NCBI GenBank assembly: GCA_030704615.1
Contig: CM060734.1
Location: forward strand, 46,004,001-46,068,000
Source of the DNA: Takakia lepidozioides
Taxonomy: Eukaryota > Plantae > Bryophyta
Direction of reading: 5' to 3'
Length of the DNA: 64,000 nucleotides
The position numbers and the translations under genes were made by a program. Shown here one piece after another: positions 1 to 12,300 of the stretch (its first letter is position 1; each line of letters starts with the position of its first letter). Below the pieces are notes generated by a model, which was not told the DNA's origin, did no database searches, and saw nothing but the letters and a program-made list of their open reading frames with translations.

Positions 1-525
1 CGTTCCTGTCTGCACCGAGAATACTGCTGGATCCACCCTCAGGAGAAACTGTCAGGAGATGTTATTTCGTCGCCGAATCGGCCATCATTGTCATACTTAC
101 TGGCTATGGAATCAATCCTCCCACCTTCATGCATGTAGCTTGAAACAATACTTTCCACTTCAATGTGCGACTTCCAATCGTCGATGGACTCCGCATTGGT
201 GCCTGTGAGCCTTGGTCTGTCGCTATACTGAACCTCGCACTTGCCAACTCCGTGCGGTGTTCGATGGCTCCGAATTCCTACGCTATAGTTTGCTGTCCTC
301 CGCAACTTGGGAGAGCCTGGATCCCAAACGAGGGAGGACTTTGCAGAGTGACTGAAACTTACCTTTGTTCCAAATTCAAGCTCAAACCGGGCACAGTTTA
401 TTTGGAAGAAGAAAGGAAGGATGTTCCTGGACAGGTTGACGAGACCATTGTCGTGCTAGGTAACGACGGAGGTTGCGGAATCGAATGGCACGTTCCCCCC
501 ATCAGACACCATCCTGTACCGAGCT

Positions 526-3500
526 GTGGGAATGCCCATTCCCTTTCCGAATCAGTCGCTGCCCACACCATCCACAAAGGAGTCCGGAAACCGAGAGGCG
601 GCCACTGCCAACAGAGAGGTATGCAACGATAATCATTCCCGACCTGGACCGTCAAGACCCTCCATAGCTTCTCGTGTGGACGTATTCGACATTTCCGACG
701 AGGAAGATGATTGCATTGAGGTACCCATGTCCTCCACACGGTCGTTCAAATCCGGCATGGACGTCTCTGTAGGTGCTACGCATGTGCCCTCGAGCATAAC
801 TCCAACCCGGTCCATTGTGCAGCTCCTACGACAACATCACCTCGATGGTTCTCGCTCCGAGCTGGCTGCTCTCGACTATGCCAAATTCCCAGTCAGAAAG
901 GTAACGTTTCTGCCTCCCGAAGTCGATGGCAATGTCATCTTCGAGTTTCCACCTGTTTCTTCGTCAAAAAAGCCTCCGGGATGTTAACAGACATGGATCG
1001 AAAGCATGACGGACACCCCTGGTGTGTGACGAAGACCAGTAGCACGAAAATTGCTGATGGTGTTCGTGTACGATATGTCCTCTGTGCGGGGAAGCTGAGG
1101 TGCCTCAATCCCACCTGCTTCCACTTTCTCTCCAAAGGAGGGCGGAGAAAGACGGATTGGACTGGCACAACGCATCATCCATTCATTGTCTCCAGCCAAG
1201 CTCCTGCGGGTTCTTTCAAGTGTGCACATTGCAAAGAACCACCGACGTGCATGTCCATGTGCAGAGCCAAGCAATATTACGTAATCCATTTGCTCCCGGA
1301 CTTGACTAGAGCTTGCATACACGTTGGGGTCCACTGCCACCCCTTGGCGAGAGGCAACATGCGTGAGGCTGTGCAGGAAGCACACGACATCATAAAAGAG
1401 GAGGTGAAATTGAGCCCCGGAGCCAGACCAAAGCAGATTCAGCTGAAGGCAGCCCACAAGATTGCTCTTGGCAAAATCATGTCTGAAGATGGTTCCGACC
1501 GAGAGCCCTTGACCGAAGACGAGATGCGTGACCTCTTGGAGTCCGTCTCGCACGTTTGTAGTCCGAATGTGCGGAATCACATCGTATCTTGCAAGCAGGA
1601 GTTCGGCAGGGGGTCGGACATGTACTCAATCCTGGAGGTGAAACGAATGACTGGATATGACTACATCCAAGGTAGCAGGTTTCCAGGGCAAGGCAGCGAA
1701 TCCGATCGTTGTTACATTTTCAAAATGTCGACGTGTGGGCCTGGGAGTGGAGTCGACTTGGTCACTCGCATGACAACTGGAAACTTGTCGAATGCTTGGG
1801 TGATGTTTGATCACATCAAGCGAATTACAAACCATCAGTGGGTGACTATGGGTGCGCATGTTTATGACTATCACTCCAAGAGGCTCATGACGATTGCAAT
1901 CTGCGAGATGAAAGGGGAGGACACACAGTCCGAGATGCATCTGTGGGAGGGCATAAACGAGCAGATGGCAAGGGCAAGGGCGGGATTGCCAGAGCCCAAT
2001 TTCAGGGGATTCATGGCAGACAACGCTCAGGCCAACTGGGCAGCGGTGCGGCGTGTACGGTGAGGACCCCAATGTTCCAATGGAGGGGAAAGAGAGATCC
2101 TGTGGATTCCATTGGATGCAGAGTCTATCCCACTACACTACCAAATTTGTTGCTAGCTCATTCCAGGCTGAACACCGTGTCCTTTGTACGGCGTGGAAGG
2201 ATGCACCCACATTTGATGACGCGGAGGTTAAGTTTGCTATCATCGAGGCTTGGTGGAACACGTCAGGTGCAGTGGAGACAACCAATCTGGGAGCATTGCA
2301 CAGCTGGTTGGGGTGGTGGCATTTTCGGTATCGACAGTTCGGACAGTACATGCGGGAGGTAGGCTGCTGTCATTTCGTTCATTTGTCTTTCTGTTACGGA
2401 CATTTCGATTGGTCCCTCACCATTGTTTGTGTCCTTCTAGGAGCGGTGCTTGGATTCCGACACGGACATGCCGAACACGAATATGGCAGAATCGGTCCAC
2501 TCCTCCTGGCGAGCGTCTTCTGCCGCACATCTGGTGGACGTAGTGACGGCCACAACGGAGGACATCGACAGAGCAATCATGCAGCAAGCCACGTACTACA
2601 AGTTCCTGAGCGGCAAACAATGGGGCTTTGGGCCGGACAGGGAGGAATTGTTGGTACGAACAGCTTCGAGGTCCAAGAATCCAGTGAAATGGGCGACAGC
2701 ATTGCGAGAGAAGATCAAAGGGACGCCTCTGCACCGCAGAGGTGAACACCTAGAGGGGGACGTCCGGACTCGCCCTGTCAGGGAGGATTGAAGAGGAACC
2801 CGGGTGCGAAGAGGATTCCTGGAGATCCGACAGGAACATTCGGACAGCACCTCGAGGTCCCGTCATGTTGCCGCACAATGTGTCTTCCAGCAGTGGAAGC
2901 CCAAGAAATTCCAGATCGCCGTCGCCTTCAACCGGGGATTTCGTGCAAAAAATTCCCACCGCTCCCTTGCCCCAGATTCCGCCCGCTGTTATGCAGTATG
3001 GCCAAGCCATTGTGGAGACGACTGTGTCTGCCTCACAGTGGAGAATTGCTCACAAAGCCGTCGTTTCGAGGAAGGTGTTCCGCAATTCGTGTGGATACAC
3101 GGCAACGTTGTTTAGAGATGATAAGGAGGAATCCAGATGGGGCTGTCCCTGCTCCTACTTTTACAGGAAGATTTGTCCATGCAAAGTTTGCGGAGGCGAC
3201 AACCACCCAGTTCTGGTTCTGCAGGCACGACATTATGACTTGCGTGTATGGAAAGCCCAAGTACGGCATACAAACAATGCCAGAGGCTCCCCCGGTGTGG
3301 CCGGTGGAACCAGGCTGCGATCTGAGTCAGGTTGAGGCCGACGCCCTTACCGCCGCAGGATTTCGGATGGTGCAGCGCACTGACGTCCCCAGACAACCAT
3401 TTCCGCTTCCACAGCCTCCACCACCGACCCCTGTGAGAGCAAGAACAATGGGACACGACAGCTCTAAGCATCCTACACACCGTTGGGGGAAACCGAAGAG

Positions 3501-3866
3501 GCGGCGACCTCCCTCAAAAGTGAACGAGACAAGGATGGGGAATGCACTTCGGATGAACTGTACAATCCAGAGCTCGACAGAAGTGCCCCCACCAGGATTC
3601 GGGCGTGTGTATCAGATGGCCACGGCGGGCTCAGCTGTTCGCAATGAGGTGTACACCATCACCATTTCAGAATTACCCACCTGCAATTGCACCGACTTCC
3701 AGATCATGGCGAACAAGGGGCATCATACTGCCCTTGCAAGCATTTGTACTACGTGTACCTAAAGAGACTCCGTTGTAATTCCACAACTCATCACTTCATA
3801 CATGCACCAGGGTTGAGCCCCCAGGAGGTTCACACTCTTCTGAATATGGATCCAGGGGACCAGTGA
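526..3866 (+). pseudogene. Frameshifted transposase: GCM-like Zn domain + MULE DDE domain + Cys-rich region + C-terminal SWIM finger
   Basis: ORFs 526-987, 981-2063, 2053-, 2450-2791, 2865-, 2788-3762 join by frameshifts. GCM-like pattern: DGHPW..CAGKLRCLNPTC..CAHC..C..HVGVHCHP. MULE motifs: WVMFDH (D), FMADNAQANW (D), CGFHW (CxxH), TNMAESVH (E). SWIM: CNCTDF..CKHLYY. A phase-0 GT-AG intron at 2359-2440 joins QYMRE to ERCLDSD in frame. Stop TGA at 3864-3866. Confidence 0.82.
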
Positions 3867-4607
3867 GCTTGGCTTGCGGTCCCATACAATGGTACGCCCA
3901 TCCTTTTCGGATAGTAGAACTGTACTGCTGCCAGTACCTCAGACTCTGGCCACAGAAAGGTCCGACATATGTCTTGCCTACCAGTAACCTGTTTTGCTCG
4001 AACTAAGATATTACTATATCGTTCACTTGTTTCCACGTGCATGTATTTTTGTATGTTGGAGGGTTCATGTTTTTCTGCTTTCCGAAAACTTGCTTTCCAT
4101 TCGACCTCCGACAAGGAAATGCGGCGCCGCATTTCCAAGTATCGTCGTAGGTACTGGTAGAGGCGGCCTTCGCCAACACCAAACCGCTCCGAAATTTCGC
4201 ACGTGCGAACCCTAATGCGGCACCCTATTTCCCAGTTCAGTTGCAAACCTTTCCCGCCGAATACCCGAAGAAGACAGAATTGTGAAGTACTGCAGACTGT
4301 ATTGGTGCAGACTCCATTGGTTCAATCGCGGCAAAAGGGTCAGCTTCATTCCAATGTTAAGGCATGTAAAACCGCGGAATACTCTATACAGGCCAGTATG
4401 CGACGTCCTTTTGCAGTGGTATACTGGATTTCCCGTTGCACGGTCACTTATTTCCATGAGCGGATCTATAAAACCATGAGCGGACTTTTTACTGACGACA
4501 TATCTTCGCCGCATTACATGATCTGGAACGTCCAAAAACGGCAAGGTCAAATAAAAAACTATTATTTTAATACTTGTTTAATCTGCCGCATTTCCAAATT
4601 TGGAGGA

Positions 4608-4714
4608 GTCCGCTCATGAAATCCGCGTATCTTAGACTTCGGCTCACCGCTCATGCGGCTCATGCGGCTCATGGCTCATGGCTCATGGTTTCTGCTCATG
4701 AAATAGTAAACCTC
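4608..4714 (-). repeat. Terminal repeat array (CATGAGC[C/G]G units) of MULE copy 1
   Basis: ccgctcatgcggctcatgcggctcatggctcatggctcatgg...gctcatgaaatagtaaacctc read directly from the sequence. Confidence 0.85.
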
Positions 4715-4715
4715 A

Positions 4716-5525
4716 GACAATCACGGCAAAAAGGTGAATGTCTGTTGGATTGCAGAGAGTAGAAGATGCAATTGAGCATAAGAACTAGTGTGATAAGTTG
4801 AGTTGGGTGTTTCCTAGAACAATTCGAGGCTTTCATTGTCAGCTGCTAGCAGCAAGGCAAGGGTGAATGCATGATTTGGGCAGAGGCATGGATAGCTGAA
4901 GGAGCAGGGATAGAGTGTGGGTCCAGATTCATCGAAGATGGGCGGACTTCAACAAGCTCCAAATTACCTATGATTCCCTGTGGATTAATAGCTACTAGCA
5001 ACCTGCATGGGTAGATGGTCAACTGGAAGCTGCAGCAGCAGCGGCGGAATTGATAAAATCAGGCACTGCTAATGCAGGCACCTTCTTCAACACATTTCAT
5101 CCTATTTTTCCTTCTTATCAGAATCAACCCTAAGTTTCCATGTTGAATTCTGCAAGTTAGCTAGTTGAGTGAACCTTTGATAGTTTGGAGTGACTTTGAC
5201 ATGATACTGCCAATGTTACAACAGGAAAGCATCCAGAAACAGGTAATAAAGATGAAAAGAAACGGTGGAATTAATATTTTTCTTACCCAGTCAATGGTGG
5301 GACAATCGAGGCAAGAAGGTGAATGTCTGTTTGATTATAGAGAGTAGCAGAAGCAATTGAGCATAGGAACTAGTGTGATAGGCTGAGTTGGGTGTCTCCT
5401 AGAACAAATCTAGGCTGTCATTGTCAGCTGCTAGCAGCAAGGCAATGATGAATGCATGATTTGTGCAGATCAGGCATGGATAGCTGAAGGAGCAAAGATA
5501 GAGTGTGGGTCCAGATTCATCCAAG
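4716..5525 (+). repeat. Local diverged direct duplication of ~220 bp (4716-4935 vs 5301-5525)
   Basis: Both copies run gacaatc..ggcaa.aaggtgaatgtctgtt..gcaattgagcata.gaactagtgtgata..gatagagtgtgggtccagattcatc. Confidence 0.75.
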
Positions 5526-6599
5526 AGGGCCAGCAAGACGGCAGCTCTTTGTGTGCTTGATTCTCACTCCCATTTGGTGTTTGTCGTGGTCTCCGTAGCA
5601 GGATTTCCCACCACAGCCCCTTTCTTCCAAGCAGCCAGTTGCCTGGGGGGTGCACTCCTCATTAAATGTACCAGCCACGTGCGTGCACAGGAGGGGGTAT
5701 TTTAAACCCCCCCATGTACAACATTATACATACAGAGGGGGGTTTAAAACACCTTAAATATAATTTTACAGGTGGGGGTTGTTGAGTTTTAAGGGGTAGT
5801 GTAGTGGTAAGAGCGGTGTTTAGGCCGCGATGCACCGCGGGATCAAATCGCGGGATCATCCTTTTGTTTGTTTGTTTTTTTTTTTTTTTTTTCTATCCGC
5901 GATCTTTCTCCCCTTCCCTCCCGCGGCTTTCTCTTTTCCCTCTCCTCCTCTTATCTCCTCTCCACTCCTCTCCCGCGTTCGCCTTCCCTTCCGCGGGCTT
6001 TCTCTTTTCCCTCCTCTCCTCTCCCCTCCTCTCCACAGGGCATGGTATTCTTCCTGATGTTTACAAGTTTAGGGGAGAGTGAGCTTGGTCTTAGCAGGCC
6101 ATTTTGTGGTGGTTTCTCAAAGACCAATCCGACATTACCTGACTACAGACCCAACAGCACACCGAAGCGATCCTTTTGGGTTGATGGGAGGGCAAATCCT
6201 CCATGGGTCATGACACAAGGTCAAGAACAATGTGGTGAGGGCACCTTCTTCTTTGACCTATTTCAGCCTGTCTTGCCCTCTCATCAGAGTCGGCCCTGAA
6301 TTTGCAGCACTGAGCAGACCTGACATGAGTTTTTAGAAGATTGACAATGGTGGGACAACTGCAATCGCAAGGTGTGGCGTTTTCTTAAGGTACGATGTGA
6401 AGAATTTTTTCCATCCTGCTATTGCGGGCTCTTGCCTCCTATTAGTACCTGATTTGGTATTCTTCCAGATGTTTATAAGGTTCTTGGGAGAGTCAGCTTG
6501 GTCTTAGCAGGCCGTGCTCAGCTGCACCGTGGTGGTTCTCACTGACCAATCCGTCGTTACCTGACTACAGACACAAGTAGGCACACACAAGAGGTCCTC

Positions 6600-8152
6600 T
6601 TTTGAGTCAGTCCAAACCAGGAAGTGGTCAGAGGTACCAATATCAGTTCTGTCGATCAACACATTGGCACACTGGGGAACAAATTTTGTCCATTATGATA
6701 TAGTCCACAATGGAACGTTCCCCAGTTTGGGATTTCTCACGAGTCCACTGCACTTGGTCACCTGCAGTTGAAGTCCTTGCCTTGGTTGTCTTCCTAGAGC
6801 GCCCCATTGAATCACCAATGTCTAAGACCGCTCTCCAGCCAGTCAAGGGACAAACTTCTTTGAGATTGAATTGATGTGGGACTCTATTAGAAGCACTTTT
6901 GGTCATTGCAACCTTCAACGTACACCTTCAATGAGAGAACCCCGACAATGTATCAGAAAATGAATACTGTCTTCAGATTGCCCACACAATGGGAAGTGCA
7001 CTCTCCCTTTCCTCTCTGCTTCTGTTTGATGTTCAAAGGTAGGCTTCCTGCCCTGAGTTTAAATTTCAGTCTAGTGCCGAGAGTGGGTGGACCCTTGAGG
7101 TCATCCATGATGTCCTCCCCCATGTCACTGACTGGAAACAAGTTCAGGGAAGTTTTCTGCCTAACTTCATTTTCATCAGACAATCTCATGGCAACAGACA
7201 TGGCTTTGGACACTACAGCCTCTAAGTCGGATTTATCCAGCAGGGTCAAGACTTGCGGATCCAGGTCCAGGTCCTTGAGAATCTCTTTCACTCTGGTGTT
7301 GGGAAACACCTTTTGATCTCAGTCCAAACCAGGAAGTGGTCAGAGGTACCAATATCAGTTCTGTCGATCAACACATTGGCACACTGGGGGAACAAATTTT
7401 TGTCCATTATGATATAGTCCACAATGGAACGTTCCCCAGTTTGGGATTTCTCACGAAGTCCACTCCTGGTCACCTCTTGTCCTGTTATTCAAGGTCAAAA
7501 GATGAAGCTCTTCCAGATAGTTAATTAACCGTCTGCCATTAGAATTCAGCTTGTCCTCACCAGAAGGCCTAGTGATATCGTCCTGATGGAGCCCTTTGCC
7601 CACCCGGGCATTGAAGTCACCCAATAGCACCACCTGACCTTTGGCAAGGAATGAAGCACAGTCCAGTTTTTACATCTTCGAAGGCTTTGTCTGCGTCAGC
7701 ACTAAGGGTCCCCTCTGTGGGCATGTAAACACAACCCACAAAGATGTCCTTCGTACTCAAGCCGCCCTTCAGATTCAGTTTTAGCCAGATACTATGCTCG
7801 TACCTCAAACCCTTGTTGATAATTTCACAATTGTCAAACAAGAAATCACGGACAAAGAATCCAGCCCCTTTTTGACTGCGTTTGGCAGAGGCTGCCTTGA
7901 GAGTACACATCTTACCTACCCATTTATAACCATTGATATCTCCAACCAATTTATCCGACATTTCCCATGTTTCTGCCCAGCACAAATATGAATATCATTA
8001 GTCCGAAGAACTTGTCCCACTTCGAGTTGTTTCCTTTGGTTGGTCAACCCTGAGAAGTTGAAAGTGGCCAGCCGCAAGCCAGCCCTTTGCATGTGAATTG
8101 TTTGTCGTCTAGGTAGCTTGTGATTGCTCCTGGACGGCCAACCGTTCTGCAA
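6600..8152 (-). mobile_element. Rearranged LINE remnant: APE endonuclease joined directly to the C-terminal Zn-finger region, RT absent
   Basis: APE motifs TFNFSGL, ETW, CVYMP, LLGDFNARVG, NSNGRRL, IVDYII and SDHFLV. Tail LKFKLRAGSLPL matches the 46655-47536 copy. The APE end is duplicated (6605-6750 vs 7320-7465). Confidence 0.85.
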
Positions 8153-8208
8153 AGGGGGGACAGTTACCCCATGGATTCATAGCATCAAACCGATTAGAAA
8201 CTCTCGAG

Positions 8209-8991
8209 TTGAAGTCCTTGCACACTCACATTATCCAAAGTGGATTCACGCCAAATGTTTTTCTACTCAACACCCTTGTCAACCTGTATGTTATGTGCGG
8301 GAGCATCATTGATGCTCACCAAGTGTTCAACAGAATGCCTCAACGATCTTTGATCACGTGGAATATAATGTTGGCAGGGTATGCACAACAGGCACGTGGT
8401 ATGGAGGCTTTGGAGACCTATGATCAAATGATGGGGGAAGGGGTGAAGCCCGACCACATCACATTTGTGTACATTTGCAATGCGTGTGCAAGCCTGTCAG
8501 CTCTGGAAAAGGGCAAAGAGATCCATGGTGACATTGTCAGATTTGCAATTATATCAAATGTCATTCTAAACAATACCCTCGTGGACATGTATGAAGGGAG
8601 TGTTCAACGGTATGGCTGAACGAGATGTGCTGTCGTGGAGTGCGATGATTGCAGGATATGCACAACAAGGGCGCGGGATGGAGGCTTTGGAGACCTATGA
8701 GCAAATGATGTGCAAAGGGGTGAAGCCCGCGCTTCGCATTGCATGATGTTGAGGAAGAGCTTAAAGAATCGTCTCTTTGCCACCACAATGAGAAGCTGGC
8801 CATTGTTTTTGGGCTTATCAACACACCCTCTGGGATGTCTTTGAGGATCACTAGGAATCTTCGGATGTGTGGTGATTGCCACACAGCCACCAAATTCATC
8901 TCAAAGATAGCTAAGCAAGAGATTGTTGTACGGGATGCAAACCGCTTTCACACTTCCAAAATGGTGTTTGTTCTGTGGGGAGTATTGGTGA
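8209..8991 (+). pseudogene. PLS-class PPR-DYW RNA-editing factor remnant with internal deletions and frameshifts
   Basis: PPR repeats (NTLVNLYVMCGSIIDAHQVFNRMP..TWNIMLAGYAQ..GVKPDHITF). DYW domain [23 protein letters not shown] ends in a frameshifted EYW-stop. E domains are missing. Confidence 0.9.
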
Positions 8992-9318
8992 AATGAAATG
9001 CTTGTCACCTAATTGAATGTATTGAACTCTATCAGCTTCAGGTTGGACTCCAACAGTGGCAGCAAAGGTGCACGAAATCTCTTTTTGGAGAGGAATTCTC
9101 AACAGTAGGTTTTGAACATAATTGGACCTTGCAAAGGTTGAAACTGTAGAACAAGTTTAGAAACTATCCTAGTTGAGGGGGCTGCTATTTCATGAGCGGC
9201 ATGAGCATGAGCGGGAAAAAAAAAAACATGAGCGGGCCATTGTGTGTCCACGGAAATAGGGTTAGGAGGCACGGAAATAGGGTCATGTGGACTTGTCATA
9301 GCAATGAAATGCAACATT

Positions 9319-12300
9319 TTATTGCAAATTTTGTGGCAAGCCACGTCTATACAAGTGTGTCCTAACTGACATAGCAGGAATGGGAACTACTCTCCTACAC
9401 CTTCCGAGGAACTTGGCCTTCTTCCTCATCCCCCTCATCCCCCCATCCTCCGAGCTCTGTGATGCATCGGTTGCACTATGCCTCTCAAAAATTCCGTCCT
9501 CTCCTTGGGGGACTGTCCACCTCACCTCCTGGGAATCTTCTGCCTCTTCTCCCCCACTTTCCTCAGCAGAACCCAAGACAAATCTACGAGCCCGACGGGC
9601 TCTAATATCTGCTGCCTCCTCCCTCATCTTCATTTTCTTGAGGCTTGCCTCGTCTAAAATCTGTTGTACACGACTAGGTTCGGAAGACCTCCTAATGGAC
9701 ACCGAAGCAAGCCGGGCAGCATAAGTAGGAAGGATGTAGTCCCTTTCTGGACTAGGCATGAAATCCCCCCTGGCAAAAAAAGGCACGTTCCTCCTGCCAT
9801 GAACTCCGGTGTAAACGCCCCTCCTGCAGTACTTGGCATCCTACAGTAAGAACAATCCATTTCAAGAATGTCAATACCAGCAGAAGCAGAAAGGGTTTTC
9901 AATGAAATAAGAGAGCGAAGGGAGGTGCCTCACGAAATCTGGAGGCAACTTACAATGCGACCACTCACTCGTAAACCGGGGGCTCCTCGGCCTCGATCCC
10001 AACTTGTTCCTCCCCTGCTCCTTCTCGGATTTTTCCTCATCCTCCGAGGGTGCCTCTTCCTCTTTGGGCAGACGTTCAGCGCTGCAAGTTCCGAGTTGTG
10101 GAGGGCAGTATCTGGCTCGAAGGCGAACACATGCCTGTCGGACAACGTCCCTGCCCACATTGAAGCACCTGAGGAACAAAGCGGGCGGTTAATAGCTTGC
10201 GGCATGCAATTGCAATCGGGCCAGGGGACAAACTGAGCACGTGAAGGCTTACCCGTGCCACATGTGAGGTCAAGAATCTGCCCTTGGACATCTGAGCACG
10301 TCTCCATGAGGGTTTGGATGAAAGCAGGGCTCCGGGTCCGGCTGTACCGCCACGGTTTGCCTGTCTTTGTGTCCTTCGGCATACTGGAGTGGGGCACATA
10401 GTTGTAGAGGACATCGTAGGTAACAGGGTCCACAGCGGCATCAACAAGACGACCGTCGTTGCGGAATTTGAACGTAGACCCTCTCTTCACAAAGCAATAT
10501 GCCTCAAACACCAATGTCTGCACATCCAACAAAAGAGGGATCAACTCCGAGATCTAGTTTAGATACACCACAATATGAGGTGAATGCAATAGATTGATAA
10601 CTTACACTTTGGCCCTCTGTTCGCAACCCCTGTGTATTGATGCAAAACCATTTTCTGAGGAGGACCAGGGTGACACTTTTCGGTGTCCATCTTGCCACCG
10701 CATTCTCTGTGGTCTTCCCTTTTGTGGCAAGGACAACCACACATCCACCGTCATCCAGGAGCATCCCCGCAAGCCCAAACCCGGCTTTCCAGTAGTCCTC
10801 AGTAAACCTGTTCCAGCTGGGCACACCATCCAGGCCGTCCAGCAGCTCCCCATCTGGAATGTCGAGGAGAATCATATCGCAAGCTCTCTCCACCTCAAAC
10901 CCCCCCTGAGTGCTCTTGCAATCCGTGCTCACAGCGGTGAAGAATTCCATCATGGCTTCAAAACCAGGGGTGTCTTTAGGCTCTGTACCGGCAGCCCTCT
11001 TCTTGGTTTTCCCCTTCTACTCCGCCAGAGACTTGCTGTGTGCCACCTTCTTCACCCTGGCAGCGAGAGCGTCAAGGAAGCTCTCATTGACGCATTGGAT
11101 GATGGTTGGAGGTTCTAGCTTTGGCCTGTGCGTAAACGTCACCGCCGAATACCGCCGTGTAGGCTCGCCCTCAAATGCCAACTTCTTGGCAAAGCCAGTC
11201 CCACTCCGAACTGACTTGGGAACCCGGACGACCGGTGACTTGGTAGCAGCAGTAGCAGTCGCAGGACCTAGAACAAAGTCGTCGTCCGAGTCACTCCCTT
11301 GGGTCCCCTCCTGCGCCTCCTCCGATGCCTCGATGGTTTTCTGTTTTTTGGGTGTTACTGTACTCACCTGTTTCCTTGTCCTTTTCCTTTGGCCTTTATT
11401 CTTCTCATTCAATTTCTCCTGAATTCCTGCCTGAGCAAGCTCTGTCGCTTTCCTGGAGTTTGCAAGCACTTTTGCCTCTTTTGGACCCAGCGGAGGCAGC
11501 GGAGCCCGGTTTCGTCAGGCCTCAGCATCCAGCTTCAATTGAAACTCGGATGGGTCGAGCGAGCCGGGCGGAAGGTCCACATACCAAGGGCAATCACGCA
11601 AATGTTCCAGATGCCACTCCTTCACAATAACGTCAGTGTACATGGAGTCAGCCCCAGGGTTCCTCCATGCCAGGAAGAATGGTGGCTCGAAAGACAGATG
11701 ACCTTTCTCCAAAAGGGAGAACTTGAAGTACATGCATTCATGAAAAACACAGAATGAGGTCCCTGAACTGGAAATTTGGCACCATTTTCCCAGGTTGGGG
11801 CGGAACTGACTGGGCCTAGAACTGGGAAAATGGCGCCGAATATTGGTTTTCGGTGCCAGCCACCCTAGGGACTTAGCATTTTGGGAGCCCTGAACTGGAA
11901 ATTCGGCGCCATTTTCCCAGGTCCTGGCCAAAAATGGCTAAGTCCCTGAACTGACTGGCCCTGGAATTGGAAAAATGGCGCCAAATTTCGGTTTTCGGTG
12001 CCAGCCACCCCAGGGACTTAGCCATTTTGGGAGCCCTGAACTGGAAATTCGGCGCCATTTTCCCAGGTCCGGGCCGAAAATGGCTAAGTCCCTGAACTGA
12101 CTGGCCCTGGAATTGGAAAAATGGCGCCGAATTTCGGTTTTCGGTGCCAGCCACCCTAGGGACTTAGCCATTTTGGGAGCCCTGAACTGGAAATTCGGCG
12201 CCATTTTCCCAAGTCCAGGCCGAAAATGGCTAAGTCCCTGAACTGACTGGCCCTGGAATTGGAAAAATGGCGCCGAATTTCGGTTTTCGGTGCCAGCCAC

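Larger units (their letters stand above)
1..4714 (+). mobile_element. Mutator-like (MULE) DNA transposon copy 1, GCM-domain type; left part outside the window, right terminus at ~4714
   Basis: Contains the transposase below. Ends in an array of GCTCATG(C)G units followed by GCTCATGAAATAGTAAACCTC, the reverse complement of the termini at ~9177 and 29322. Confidence 0.8.

Noticed and set aside
5860-6035. Hydrophobic F/L/S/P-rich ORFs
   Set aside because: Low-complexity pyrimidine tract.
4714-9177. Termini at 4714 and 9177 as the TIR pair of one element capturing the PPR and LINE fragments
   Set aside because: The ends face away from each other: each belongs to an element extending outward, and no shared TSD is present.
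9930-10953. Bacterial contamination or a restriction-modification operon as the source of the MTase
   Set aside because: The gene has GT-AG introns, is interrupted by a plant Gypsy element, and no endonuclease partner is seen.
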